Of a stretch of 64,000 nucleotides of DNA, positions 50,384-59,195 are shown in pieces. Position 1 is the first letter of the stretch; every line of letters begins with the position of its first letter. A program made the translations under genes and the position numbers. The notes beneath the pieces are model-generated. The model saw only the letters and a list, made by a program, of their open reading frames with translations. It was not told the origin of the DNA and made no database searches. The stretch is from Terriglobia bacterium. Its GTDB lineage: Bacteria > Acidobacteriota > Polarisedimenticolia > Polarisedimenticolales > JAIQFR01. The DNA is taken from the NCBI GenBank assembly GCA_963748015.1, contig CAVVHE010000004.1:1472001-1536000 (forward strand). The letters are read 5' to 3'.

Positions 50384-52312
50384 ATGGACTTCGCCAGGGC
50401 GTTGAAGCGGGCCGCCGCGAGGATTGCGACTTCGAACACGGCGCGGTGGCTGCTGCTCTTGCTCGTGGACGGCGGCATCGCGGCGGCGTGCCTGTGGCTC
50501 GCGATGATGCTCCGCTTCGACGGCCGCATCCCCTCGCCCTACGCCGAGCAGGTCCTGGGGCTGATCCTGGTCCTCGTCGGCTGCCGCCTCCTCTGCAACC
50601 TCGGGTTCCGTCTGCACCGCTGGTCGTTCCGCTTCTCGTCCCTCGCGGACGGCGCGCGCATCGCCGTGGCCGGCTTCTCGGGGTCGGGGCTCTTCGTCGG
50701 AATGCTCTACCTCCTCGACGTCCGGAGCACGCCGCGGTCGGTCGTCGTGATGGAGCTGCTCCTCAGCACGGCGGCGATGTTCGCCCTCCGCTTCTCGCCC
50801 CGGCTCGCGGGGCTCTACGCGACCGACCTGGCGCGAAGCTGGCGCAAGGAATCGGTGCGCACGCTGATCGTGGGGGCGGGCTCGGCGGGCGAGATGCTCC
50901 TGCGCGACCTCCAGCGGTCGGGGGGCCACGACTACCAGATCGTCGGGTTCCTGGACGACGACGAGAGCAAGCGGGGCATGATCGTCGGCGGCCGGCGGGT
51001 CCTCGGTAGGATCGACGAGCTGCGTCGGGTCGCGGCGGGAACGGGCGCGGCCCAGGTGCTGATCGCCATCCCGAAGCTCGAGGGAAAGCGGATCCGCGAG
51101 ATCCTCTCGCTCTGCGCCGACCTCAAGATGCGGTTCAAGATCCTGCCGGTCTCGTTCGCGTACCTGCAGGAGCGCGGCGCGACCGCGATGATCCAGGACC
51201 TGTCCCCCGACGACCTCCTGATGCGCGAGGCGGTGACGTTCGCGGACGGGGGGACGCCCGACGGGATGGCCGACCGCACGGCGCTCGTGACGGGCGCCGC
51301 CGGGTCGATCGGCAGCGAGATCTGCGTCCAGCTCTTGAAGGCCGGCATGCGGTCGCTCGTCATGGTGGACATGAACGAGAACGGCATGTACCTCCTCGGC
51401 CGGCGCCTCGCGCGCGAATACCCCGACGCCGAGCTCCAGATGGAGATCGCGGACATCCGCGATCCGGGGCGCCTCCGGGCGCTGTTCCACCGCTACCGCC
51501 CGCAGGACGTCTTCCATGCCGCGGCGCACAAGCACGTGCCGCTGATGGAGGTGGCGCCGGGCGAGGCGGTCAAGAACAACATCCTCGGGACCCGGAACGT
51601 CGCGGACGCCGCGAACGACTTCGGCGCCGAGCGGTTCCTGTACATCTCGACCGACAAGGCGGTGCGCCCCACGAGCGTGATGGGGACGAGCAAGCGCGTC
51701 GGCGAGATGATCGTGCGGCGGCTCGCGCGCCGCTCCTCCGGCACGCGGTTCTGCGCGGTCCGCTTCGGCAACGTGCTGGGCTCGGCCGGCTCGGTGGTTC
51801 CCCTCTTCAGGGAGCAGATCGCCTCGGGCGGGCCGGTCAGCGTGACCCATCCCGAGGTTCGCCGGTACTTCATGACGATCTCGGAAGCGGTGTCCCTCGT
51901 GCTGCGAGCGGCGTACGGGGACTACTCGGAGCTGTGCGTCCTCGACATGGGCGAGCAGATCAAGATCCTCGACCTCGCGCGGCAGATGATCACCATGTCG
52001 GGGCTCGTGCCCGACGTGGACGTGCCGATCGTGTTCTCGGGCCTGAGGCCCGGCGAGAAGCTGTACGAGGAGCTTCTCACCGAGGAGGAGGAGAGGAAGC
52101 AGCAGGTCCACGAGAAGATCTTCGCGGCCGAGTGCCCCGCCCCGCCCGAGGACCTCGAGGCGCGCATCGAGGAGCTGGCCGAGGCGGCGGCGGCCGGGCA
52201 CGCGACGCGGGTGGTGGAGCTCCTCCGCCGGCTGGTCCCGAGCTACAAGCCGCACGGCCTCGCGCTCGTGGACGACGTCGAGCCGGAGCGCGCCGAGGCC
52301 GAGGGCGCGTAG
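50384..52312 (+). CDS. Membrane-bound nucleotide-sugar 4,6-dehydratase (PglF/CapD/WbpM family)
   Basis: N-terminal TM segments; GAGSAG; TGAAGSIGSE; HAAAHKHVP; STDKAV; MGTSK; RFGNVLGS; GLRPGEKLYEEL. Confidence 0.93.
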   Translation: MDFARALKRAAARIATSNTARWLLLLLVDGGIAAACLWLAMMLRFDGRIPSPYAEQVLGLILVLVGCRLLCNLGFRLHRWSFRFSSLADGARIAVAGFSGSGLFVGMLYLLDVRSTPRSVVVMELLLSTAAMFALRFSPRLAGLYATDLARSWRKESVRTLIVGAGSAGEMLLRDLQRSGGHDYQIVGFLDDDESKRGMIVGGRRVLGRIDELRRVAAGTGAAQVLIAIPKLEGKRIREILSLCADLKMRFKILPVSFAYLQERGATAMIQDLSPDDLLMREAVTFADGGTPDGMADRTALVTGAAGSIGSEICVQLLKAGMRSLVMVDMNENGMYLLGRRLAREYPDAELQMEIADIRDPGRLRALFHRYRPQDVFHAAAHKHVPLMEVAPGEAVKNNILGTRNVADAANDFGAERFLYISTDKAVRPTSVMGTSKRVGEMIVRRLARRSSGTRFCAVRFGNVLGSAGSVVPLFREQIASGGPVSVTHPEVRRYFMTISEAVSLVLRAAYGDYSELCVLDMGEQIKILDLARQMITMSGLVPDVDVPIVFSGLRPGEKLYEELLTEEEERKQQVHEKIFAAECPAPPEDLEARIEELAEAAAAGHATRVVELLRRLVPSYKPHGLALVDDVEPERAEAEGA

Positions 52313-52318
52313 AAGCCC

Positions 52319-53518
52319 GTGCGAGCGCGAGGCATCCTCGGGACGGCGGCGCTCGGCGCGGCATTCGCCGGACTCGCCCTGTTCGCGTGGCTCTCCGTCC
52401 AGGTCTACCGGGCCCAGGCCGACCCCGAGCGATTCGAGGCGTGGCACGGGCGATGGGCCTGGATCGTCGGCCCGGCCTCGAAGTCGCTCAACCGCGCCGC
52501 GGACCGGCACCTCGCGAGCGGCCTCGAGGAGCTGAACAACACCGCGAATCCCCCGGAGCTGAGGCTCTCGCGCTACCGCGCCCACCTCGCCGCGGCCGAC
52601 CGACTCTTCGTCAGGAGCCTGAGGGCGAACCCCGCCCAGGCGCGCGTGCTGGCGCAGCTCGCCGCGATCCGGTGGGAGACCGAGGTCCCCACGACCGATG
52701 CGGCGCGGGCGAAGTACCTCGAGATGATCGAGACGGCGTCGAGGATGGCGCCCCGCGTTCCGGACGTGCAGGCGCGCCTGGGCGAGCTGCTCCTCAAGAT
52801 GGGACGGCAGGACGAGGCGATCCGCTACCTGAGGCGCGCGATCGAGCTGGACCCGCAGTCGGCGGGAAGGGTCGTGGCCCTGCTGCACGAGCAGCTCCTC
52901 CCCGCCGCCGAGATCGCGGCCGCGCTGCCGCGCGTTCCGACGGTCCTGGCGGCGCTCGCCGGGCCGTACTTCGACGACGGGCAGGGCGCGGCGTATCTCG
53001 ACCTCGCCGCGGAGGCCCTGTCGTCGGGCGATCCCGGCCTCCTCGAGGCCTGGGCCGGCGCGTGCCTTCGCGCCGGCGAGCCCGCCCGCCTGCGGGACCG
53101 GCTGGACCGGCTCGGCAAGCTCCAGGGTGCCGCGCTGGAATCCCGGAGGCTGCGCCTCCGCTCGACGGCGCGCGCGGCACTCGGCGATCGCGAGGGGGCC
53201 TGCGAGGACGCGCGCGCGGCACGAGCGCTCGCCCCCGGGGACCCCGGGGTCGCGACCCACCTCGGCCAGACGGCGCTCCAGGCGGGTCACCCGGACGAGG
53301 CCGTGCGCGCGTTCCGCGATGCCCTTTCGCTGGTGTCGCGCGGGTCGGGAGACCGCGGATGGCGCGCGAGCCTCTACGCGCAGGTCGGCGCGGCGGAGGA
53401 GGCGCTGGGCAAGCCCGACCTCGCCTACGACGCCTACCGGCAGGCCGTCGCCCTCGACCCCGCCCAGGAGACCGCGCGCCGCCGCCTCTCCGAAATGAAG
53501 AAAGCCGCCGGCCTGTGA
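52319..53518 (+). CDS. Membrane-anchored TPR protein
   Basis: N-terminal TM segment and multiple TPR-like repeats. Confidence 0.75.
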   Translation: MRARGILGTAALGAAFAGLALFAWLSVQVYRAQADPERFEAWHGRWAWIVGPASKSLNRAADRHLASGLEELNNTANPPELRLSRYRAHLAAADRLFVRSLRANPAQARVLAQLAAIRWETEVPTTDAARAKYLEMIETASRMAPRVPDVQARLGELLLKMGRQDEAIRYLRRAIELDPQSAGRVVALLHEQLLPAAEIAAALPRVPTVLAALAGPYFDDGQGAAYLDLAAEALSSGDPGLLEAWAGACLRAGEPARLRDRLDRLGKLQGAALESRRLRLRSTARAALGDREGACEDARAARALAPGDPGVATHLGQTALQAGHPDEAVRAFRDALSLVSRGSGDRGWRASLYAQVGAAEEALGKPDLAYDAYRQAVALDPAQETARRRLSEMKKAAGL

Positions 53519-53545
53519 CCCTCGCCCCTTTGGTAGAATCAGGGC

Positions 53546-53842
53546 ATGGGAAGGCGCGTTTGCCCGGCGTGCGGGGGGGCGGTGGATCTCGTCCACCGGC
53601 GGGCGCTCGACCGGTTCGTGAACGTCTTTCGCAAGATCCACCGTTACCAGTGCCGGAGCACCGCCTGCGCCTGGGAAGGCGTGCTCCAGACCGCCCACCG
53701 GAGGACCGCGAAGAGCAACAGGCGGATGAAGCCCTGGATGTGGCTGGCCGTGGTCGCGATCTCGATCGCGGCCGCGCTCGCGCTGGTGGCCTATCTCGAT
53801 TCGCGCCCGGCGGCCGAGGCGGGTGTGGAAGGAGCACCCTAG
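53546..53842 (+). CDS. Small zinc-ribbon-like protein with C-terminal TM segment
   Basis: CPACG...YQCRSTACAWEG, then a hydrophobic helix. Confidence 0.6.
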   Translation: MGRRVCPACGGAVDLVHRRALDRFVNVFRKIHRYQCRSTACAWEGVLQTAHRRTAKSNRRMKPWMWLAVVAISIAAALALVAYLDSRPAAEAGVEGAP

Positions 53843-53846
53843 CCCG

Positions 53847-54677
53847 ATGAAGTTCTTCGTCACCGGCAGCCGCGGGCAGCTCGGCTCGGCGCTGGCGCGC
53901 GCGATCTCGGCGGGATCGTTCGTCGGGACCGATCTGCCCGAGCTCGACATCCGCGACGCCGAGGCGGTGCGGTCCGCGATCCGCTCGGCGCGCCCGGACG
54001 TGGTGATCCACTGCGCGGCGATGACCGACGTGGACGGCTGCGCGAAGGACCCCGGCCTCGCGCAGGAGATCAACGCGAACGGGACGATGCACGTCGCGCT
54101 CGGCGCGGCGGCGGCGCGCGCGAGCCTGGTCTACGTCAGCTCGAACGAGGTCTTCGACGGGACGCTCGACCGGCCCTACGACGAGACCGACTTCCCCAAG
54201 CCGGTCAACGCTTACGGCCGCTCGAAGCTCGAGGGGGAGATCGCCGCGGCCCGCCACCACAACGCGTGCTGGATCGTGCGGACCGCGTGGGTCTACGGCG
54301 CGGGCGGCCGCAACTTCGTGCACAAGATCCTCGAGATCGCCGACGCGAAGGGATCGCTGCGCGTGGTGGCCGACGAGGTCTCGTCCCCCACGTGGACCGC
54401 CGACCTCGCCGCGGCGATCGTGCAGCTCGTCGAGCGGGCGCCGCACGGCGTCTACCACCTCGCCGGCCGGGGCGGCTGCTCGCGCTTCGAGCTGGCGAAG
54501 GAGGTGCTGGAGCTGACCGGGCGCTCCCGCGTGACCGTCGAGCCGATCGCCAGCGGCGATTGGCCCCGGCCGAGCCGCCCGCCCCTCCGCACCGTCCTCG
54601 ACGTGAGCAAGGCGGAGGCCGCCGGCATTCCGATGCGCCCGTGGCGCGAGGCGCTTGCAGCGTTCCTCGCGACCTGA
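53847..54677 (+). CDS. rfbD: dTDP-4-dehydrorhamnose reductase
   Basis: VTGSRGQLG, HCAAMTDVD, VFDG, YGRSKLEGE, RTAWVYG, SPT, RP. Confidence 0.88.
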   Translation: MKFFVTGSRGQLGSALARAISAGSFVGTDLPELDIRDAEAVRSAIRSARPDVVIHCAAMTDVDGCAKDPGLAQEINANGTMHVALGAAAARASLVYVSSNEVFDGTLDRPYDETDFPKPVNAYGRSKLEGEIAAARHHNACWIVRTAWVYGAGGRNFVHKILEIADAKGSLRVVADEVSSPTWTADLAAAIVQLVERAPHGVYHLAGRGGCSRFELAKEVLELTGRSRVTVEPIASGDWPRPSRPPLRTVLDVSKAEAAGIPMRPWREALAAFLAT

Positions 54678-54718
54678 CCCTTGCGATCACCGGTCGCGCC
54701 ACCTAAACTCCGCCGATC

Positions 54719-55945
54719 ATGAGGCGTTTTCTGGCCGGGATCGGGCTTGCGGGAGCGCTGGCGCTCGCCTGCGCGCCGGCTCGCGCGCAGAACCCGCTCG
54801 AGCCCCCGGACCTCGCGCGATATCTCCGCTGGGGGCCGGTCCGCGTGCGCCCCGGCCTCGTGCTGACGAACCTCGGGTACGACAACAACATCTTCTACCG
54901 GACCGACGTGCCGCCGGTCGGCGACTACACCGCGACCCTTTCGCCCCGGGTCGAAGGAGTCGTGCTGTTCGGCGACCGGGCGTTTCTCACTTTCAAGGAG
55001 CAGCTCGACTGGACGACCTACAGGACCTACTTCGAGCAGAACTACTGGAACCAGCTCGGGTCGGGGCGGCTGACCGTGCCTCTCAAGCGCATGGGCTTCT
55101 ACGTGGACGGCGTGCTCAACGACACCAAGGAACGGCCCCCAGACCAATACTCCCTCCGCAACGACGTCCGCCAGCTGGGCCTCGGTGGGGGGATCCTGTT
55201 CAAGGCGGGATGGCGGACCGACGTCGAGCTCGGCGTCGCCAGGTCGTCGTACGGCTACACCAACCCGGATTACCCGACCATCGGTTCCTCGCTCGACCGG
55301 ACGGAGCGCGGCACGCGGGCCCTGGGGCGGTATCTGGTCTTTGGCCGCACGCGGCTTACCCTGGAGTGGTCGAACCGGGACATCACGTTCAGCAATCCCG
55401 AGAACGGCCGCGACGCGACCCAGAAGAGGCTCGTCCCCGGCCTCGATTTCGGCCTCGGCGGGCGCCTCACCGGAACGTTTCGGTACGGCTGGGCTCGTCT
55501 CGACTCGAAGAACCCTTCGTTTCCCGACTACAACGGCCCCGTGGGAGAGGCGCGCCTCTCCTACCGCTTCGGCGCCGGCACCACGCTCCAGGCCGGGGGG
55601 CTGCGCGACATCGGGTTCTCGACCTATGTGGCCACGGGGTACTACGAGAACGCGACGTACGACGCCAGGGTGATCCAGTACTTCAACCGCGTTGTTGGCG
55701 TGGAGGCCGGTGGGGGGCGCGGCCAGCTGAGGTTTCCGGCGAGCGCGTCGCCTTCCTTGCCCGTCGATCGCATCGACCGGACCGTCCAGTACGACGGGGG
55801 CATCAGGCTCCGTTTCTCGGAGACCACCCTCGGCCGGAGGGTGGAATACTCGATCAAGCTCACTCACTGGACCCTGACCTCGAACTACCCCGGCATCGAC
55901 CAGTCGCGCACCACCCTGGGCTTGAACGCGATCATCGGCTACTGA
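54719..55945 (+). CDS. Outer-membrane beta-barrel protein of polysaccharide export loci
   Basis: Signal peptide; GYDNNIF; amphipathic strands; terminal aromatic (IGY); directly upstream of wza-wzc. Confidence 0.75.
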   Translation: MRRFLAGIGLAGALALACAPARAQNPLEPPDLARYLRWGPVRVRPGLVLTNLGYDNNIFYRTDVPPVGDYTATLSPRVEGVVLFGDRAFLTFKEQLDWTTYRTYFEQNYWNQLGSGRLTVPLKRMGFYVDGVLNDTKERPPDQYSLRNDVRQLGLGGGILFKAGWRTDVELGVARSSYGYTNPDYPTIGSSLDRTERGTRALGRYLVFGRTRLTLEWSNRDITFSNPENGRDATQKRLVPGLDFGLGGRLTGTFRYGWARLDSKNPSFPDYNGPVGEARLSYRFGAGTTLQAGGLRDIGFSTYVATGYYENATYDARVIQYFNRVVGVEAGGGRGQLRFPASASPSLPVDRIDRTVQYDGGIRLRFSETTLGRRVEYSIKLTHWTLTSNYPGIDQSRTTLGLNAIIGY

Positions 55946-55989
55946 ATGGTGACCGGGACCAACCCTCGGCTATACTCTGGAGTTCGACC

Positions 55990-56922
55990 ATGAGCACTCT
56001 CGCCAAGATCCTCCTCGCCGTCCTCGTCCTGCCGCCGGCCGCGGCGCTGGCCGGGGACCCGCCCGCCAAGCCCGCGGAGCCCGGCGAGACCGTCCTCGAG
56101 GCCAGGCCGCTGGCCGCGGGGGCCCTGCCCCCCGCGGGATCGGTGCTGCGCCGCGGCGGGACCGACTACAAGATCGGGCGGCAGGACCTCCTCGAGGTCA
56201 CCGTCTTCGACCTCAAGGAGCTGGACCAGACGGTCCGCGTCGCCGACGACGGTTCCGTCACCCTTCCCCTCCTCGGCCGCCTGCAGGTGGCGGGGCTGAC
56301 GAAGGGCGACCTCGAAGCGCTGATCGCGAAGCTCCTCGAGGAACGGTTCGTGCGGAACCCGCAGGTCACGATCTTCGTGAAGGAGTACGAGTCGAAGAAG
56401 ATCGCCGTCAGCGGCGCGGTGAAGAAGCCCGACACCTACGAGATGCTCGGCGAGAAGACGCTCCTCGAGATGATCTCGAAGGCGGGGGGGCTCGACAAGG
56501 ACCTCGGCAAGGAGATCATCATCTTCCGGCAGGACGCGGACGGCTCGACGCGGCGCCTCGGGGTGAACCTCGACAAGCTCGTGTACGACGCCGACCCGTC
56601 GCTCAACCTCGTGGTCGAGCCGGGAGACATCATCTACGTCCCGAGCGTCGAGAAGGTGCGGATCTTCGTCAGCGGCGCGGTCAAGAGCCCGAACCTCTAC
56701 GAGGTGCCGCGCGCCGAGCCGGTGACGGTGCTGAAGGCGATCACCCTCGCGGGAGGGACGACCGACCGCGCGTCCGAGAAGAAGGTCCAGATCATCCGCA
56801 CCGGGGACGACGGGGCGCGGAAGACGATCCTGGTGAACCTCAAGAAGATCAAGAAGGGCAAGGCCGAGGATCCGGTCCTCCAGAAGGACGACCTGGTGCT
56901 CGTGCCCGAGGCGTTCTTCTGA
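55990..56922 (+). CDS. wza: Polysaccharide export protein (OPX/Wza family, SLBB domains)
   Basis: YKIGRQDLLEVTVF, VADDGSVTLPLLG, NPQVTI, VSGAVKKP, AGG, DLVLVP. Confidence 0.9.
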   Translation: MSTLAKILLAVLVLPPAAALAGDPPAKPAEPGETVLEARPLAAGALPPAGSVLRRGGTDYKIGRQDLLEVTVFDLKELDQTVRVADDGSVTLPLLGRLQVAGLTKGDLEALIAKLLEERFVRNPQVTIFVKEYESKKIAVSGAVKKPDTYEMLGEKTLLEMISKAGGLDKDLGKEIIIFRQDADGSTRRLGVNLDKLVYDADPSLNLVVEPGDIIYVPSVEKVRIFVSGAVKSPNLYEVPRAEPVTVLKAITLAGGTTDRASEKKVQIIRTGDDGARKTILVNLKKIKKGKAEDPVLQKDDLVLVPEAFF

Positions 56923-59183
56923 TGATGGAAGAAGAGACGATCGGCGGGAAGCACCTCCTCGAGTACTGGGCGGTCCTGAGGCGCCGCCGGTACGTCGTCT
57001 ACCTCGCGGTCGCGGCCGCGGCGCTGATCGCCCTCGTCGGCTCGTTCCTCGCGACGCCCCTCTTCCGGTCCACCGCCACGCTGCAGATCGAGCGGCAGAA
57101 CCCGGACGTCCTCGCGTTCAAGGGGCTGGCGTCGGTGGACTACTCCTGGAACGCCTACACCGACTTCTACCAGACCCAGTACAAGATCCTCGCGTCCGAC
57201 GCGGTCGCGCGGCGGACGGTGGACCGACTCGGCCTGCTGAACCACCCGCTGTTCGCCGCGGGCGAGCCGCGGAAGGGGCTCGTCTCCCGCCTGCGCGCGC
57301 TCCTCCCCTCTTCGACCTCCGGCGTGGAGAAGGACCCGGTCGAGACGGCGGCGGCGGCCCTCAGGACCGGCCTCGAGGTCGCGCCCGTGCGCAACTCGAC
57401 GCTCGTGACGGTCTCCTGGGTGTCGCGCGACCCGGCGCTCGCCGCGCGCGTGGCGAACGGCGTCGTGGACGCCTTCATCCAGCTCAGCATCGAGTCGAAG
57501 TACACGACCTCCGACCAGGCGACCGAGTTCCTCGTCAACCAGATCGGCACCCTGAAGAGCGAGATCCGCGACTACGAGGAGCGCCTGCAGCGCTACGGCG
57601 AGTCGAAGGGGATCGTCACCATCGACGACGCGAGCAACATCACGCTGAAGGCCCTCTCCGACATCTCCGAGCGGCGCACGGAGGCGCAGGGAACCCTCGC
57701 GCAGAAGGAGGCGGCGTACAAGGCGGTCGTCGGCTCCGCCCCCGATGCGCTCCCCGACGTGCTGCACTCGGACCTGATCTCGCGGCTCAAGGAGGAGTAC
57801 GCCGGGTACGAGGCCGAGTACTACGAGAAGTCGCGGCGGTTCAAGGAAGACTGGCCGGGGATGCAGGCGCTCAAGTCCAAGCTCGACCAGGCGCGGGAGC
57901 GGCTCGACCTCGAGACGCGCGAGATCGCTCGCCGGGTGTTGCTGAGCACCGAGGCCGACTACCGCCGCGCGCTCGAGGAGGTCCGGAACCTCGACGCGCT
58001 CGTCGCGCGCCAGGAGAACGCGGCGCAGACGCTGAAGCGGGACGGTGTCGAGTTCGCGAACATCCAGAGCGAGGTCAGGAAGAAGCGCGAGACGCTCAAC
58101 GCGCTGATCGCGCGGCAGGGCGAGATGGCGCTCTCGACGCGCCTCAAGGACCTCGACGCCACCTCGAGCAACGTGAGGATCGTGGACCGCGCGCGGACGC
58201 CGAGCGCCCCCTTCAGCCCGAACCGGAAGATGAACCTGGTCCTCGGCCTCCTCCTCGGGCTCGCGTGCGGCGTCGGCCTGGCGTTCTTCCTCGACTACCT
58301 CGACAACACGCTGTCGTCCCCCTCGGAGATCGAGCCGCTCGTGGGCCTCCCCTCCCTCGCGGTGATCCCGCGCCACGGCCCGCAGGCGGACCCGCTGGGG
58401 CGCGTGCGGAGGAAGGCGGCGGCCGCTCCCGCGGACACGGTGGACCTCGTCGCGTTCCGCGACGGCGGGGCCGGCGCGTCCGAGGCGTACCGCGACCTGC
58501 GCACGGCGCTCCTGCTGTCGAGCGCCGGGAGCCCGCCGCGCCGGATCATGGTGACGAGCGCCCTCCCCGAGGAGGGGAAGTCCGCCACCGCGATCAACCT
58601 CGCGGTCGTGCTGGCGCAGCTCGGCCGCCGGGTGCTGCTCGTGGACACCGACCTGAGGCGGCCGAGGCTCCACAAGGCGTTCGGCAAGCCCAACGCCTCC
58701 GGGATGAGCACCTACCTGTCCGGGCTCGAGAGCGATCCGCTCCGCCTCGTGGTGAGCACGGGTATCGAGCACCTCGACCTCGTCACGAGCGGCCCGGTCC
58801 CGCCGAACCCCTCGGAGCTGCTCAACGCGCCGATCTTCGACGAGTGCGGGAAGCGGTTCCTCGAGGCCGGGTACGATCACGTCGTGTTCGACTCGCCCCC
58901 GGTCCTCTCCGTCGCCGACCCGGTGATCATCGCCAGCGTGCTCGACAGCGTCGTGCTCGTGACGCGCGCGGGACGTACTCCGCGGCAGTCCCTCAAGGCC
59001 GCGGCGGAGCGGTTCCAGCAGGCGGGAATCCGGCCGGCCGGCGTCGTGCTCAACGACCTCGACGCCGCGATGCACGGCTACGCCCACTACCGGTACCGGT
59101 ACTACGGCAGGTACGGGCACCCGGGGCCGAAGCCGGAAGAGGAGCGCCGCGACGGGCGCGCCGGCGGGACCCGGGGCGTCTGA
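56922..59183 (+). CDS. wzc: Polysaccharide co-polymerase/tyrosine autokinase, copy 2
   Basis: TSALPEEGKSA, VDTDLRRP, FDSPP, Tyr cluster YAHYRYRYYGRY. Confidence 0.92.
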   Translation: MMEEETIGGKHLLEYWAVLRRRRYVVYLAVAAAALIALVGSFLATPLFRSTATLQIERQNPDVLAFKGLASVDYSWNAYTDFYQTQYKILASDAVARRTVDRLGLLNHPLFAAGEPRKGLVSRLRALLPSSTSGVEKDPVETAAAALRTGLEVAPVRNSTLVTVSWVSRDPALAARVANGVVDAFIQLSIESKYTTSDQATEFLVNQIGTLKSEIRDYEERLQRYGESKGIVTIDDASNITLKALSDISERRTEAQGTLAQKEAAYKAVVGSAPDALPDVLHSDLISRLKEEYAGYEAEYYEKSRRFKEDWPGMQALKSKLDQARERLDLETREIARRVLLSTEADYRRALEEVRNLDALVARQENAAQTLKRDGVEFANIQSEVRKKRETLNALIARQGEMALSTRLKDLDATSSNVRIVDRARTPSAPFSPNRKMNLVLGLLLGLACGVGLAFFLDYLDNTLSSPSEIEPLVGLPSLAVIPRHGPQADPLGRVRRKAAAAPADTVDLVAFRDGGAGASEAYRDLRTALLLSSAGSPPRRIMVTSALPEEGKSATAINLAVVLAQLGRRVLLVDTDLRRPRLHKAFGKPNASGMSTYLSGLESDPLRLVVSTGIEHLDLVTSGPVPPNPSELLNAPIFDECGKRFLEAGYDHVVFDSPPVLSVADPVIIASVLDSVVLVTRAGRTPRQSLKAAAERFQQAGIRPAGVVLNDLDAAMHGYAHYRYRYYGRYGHPGPKPEEERRDGRAGGTRGV

Positions 59184-59195
59184 CCGGGTTCGTTC

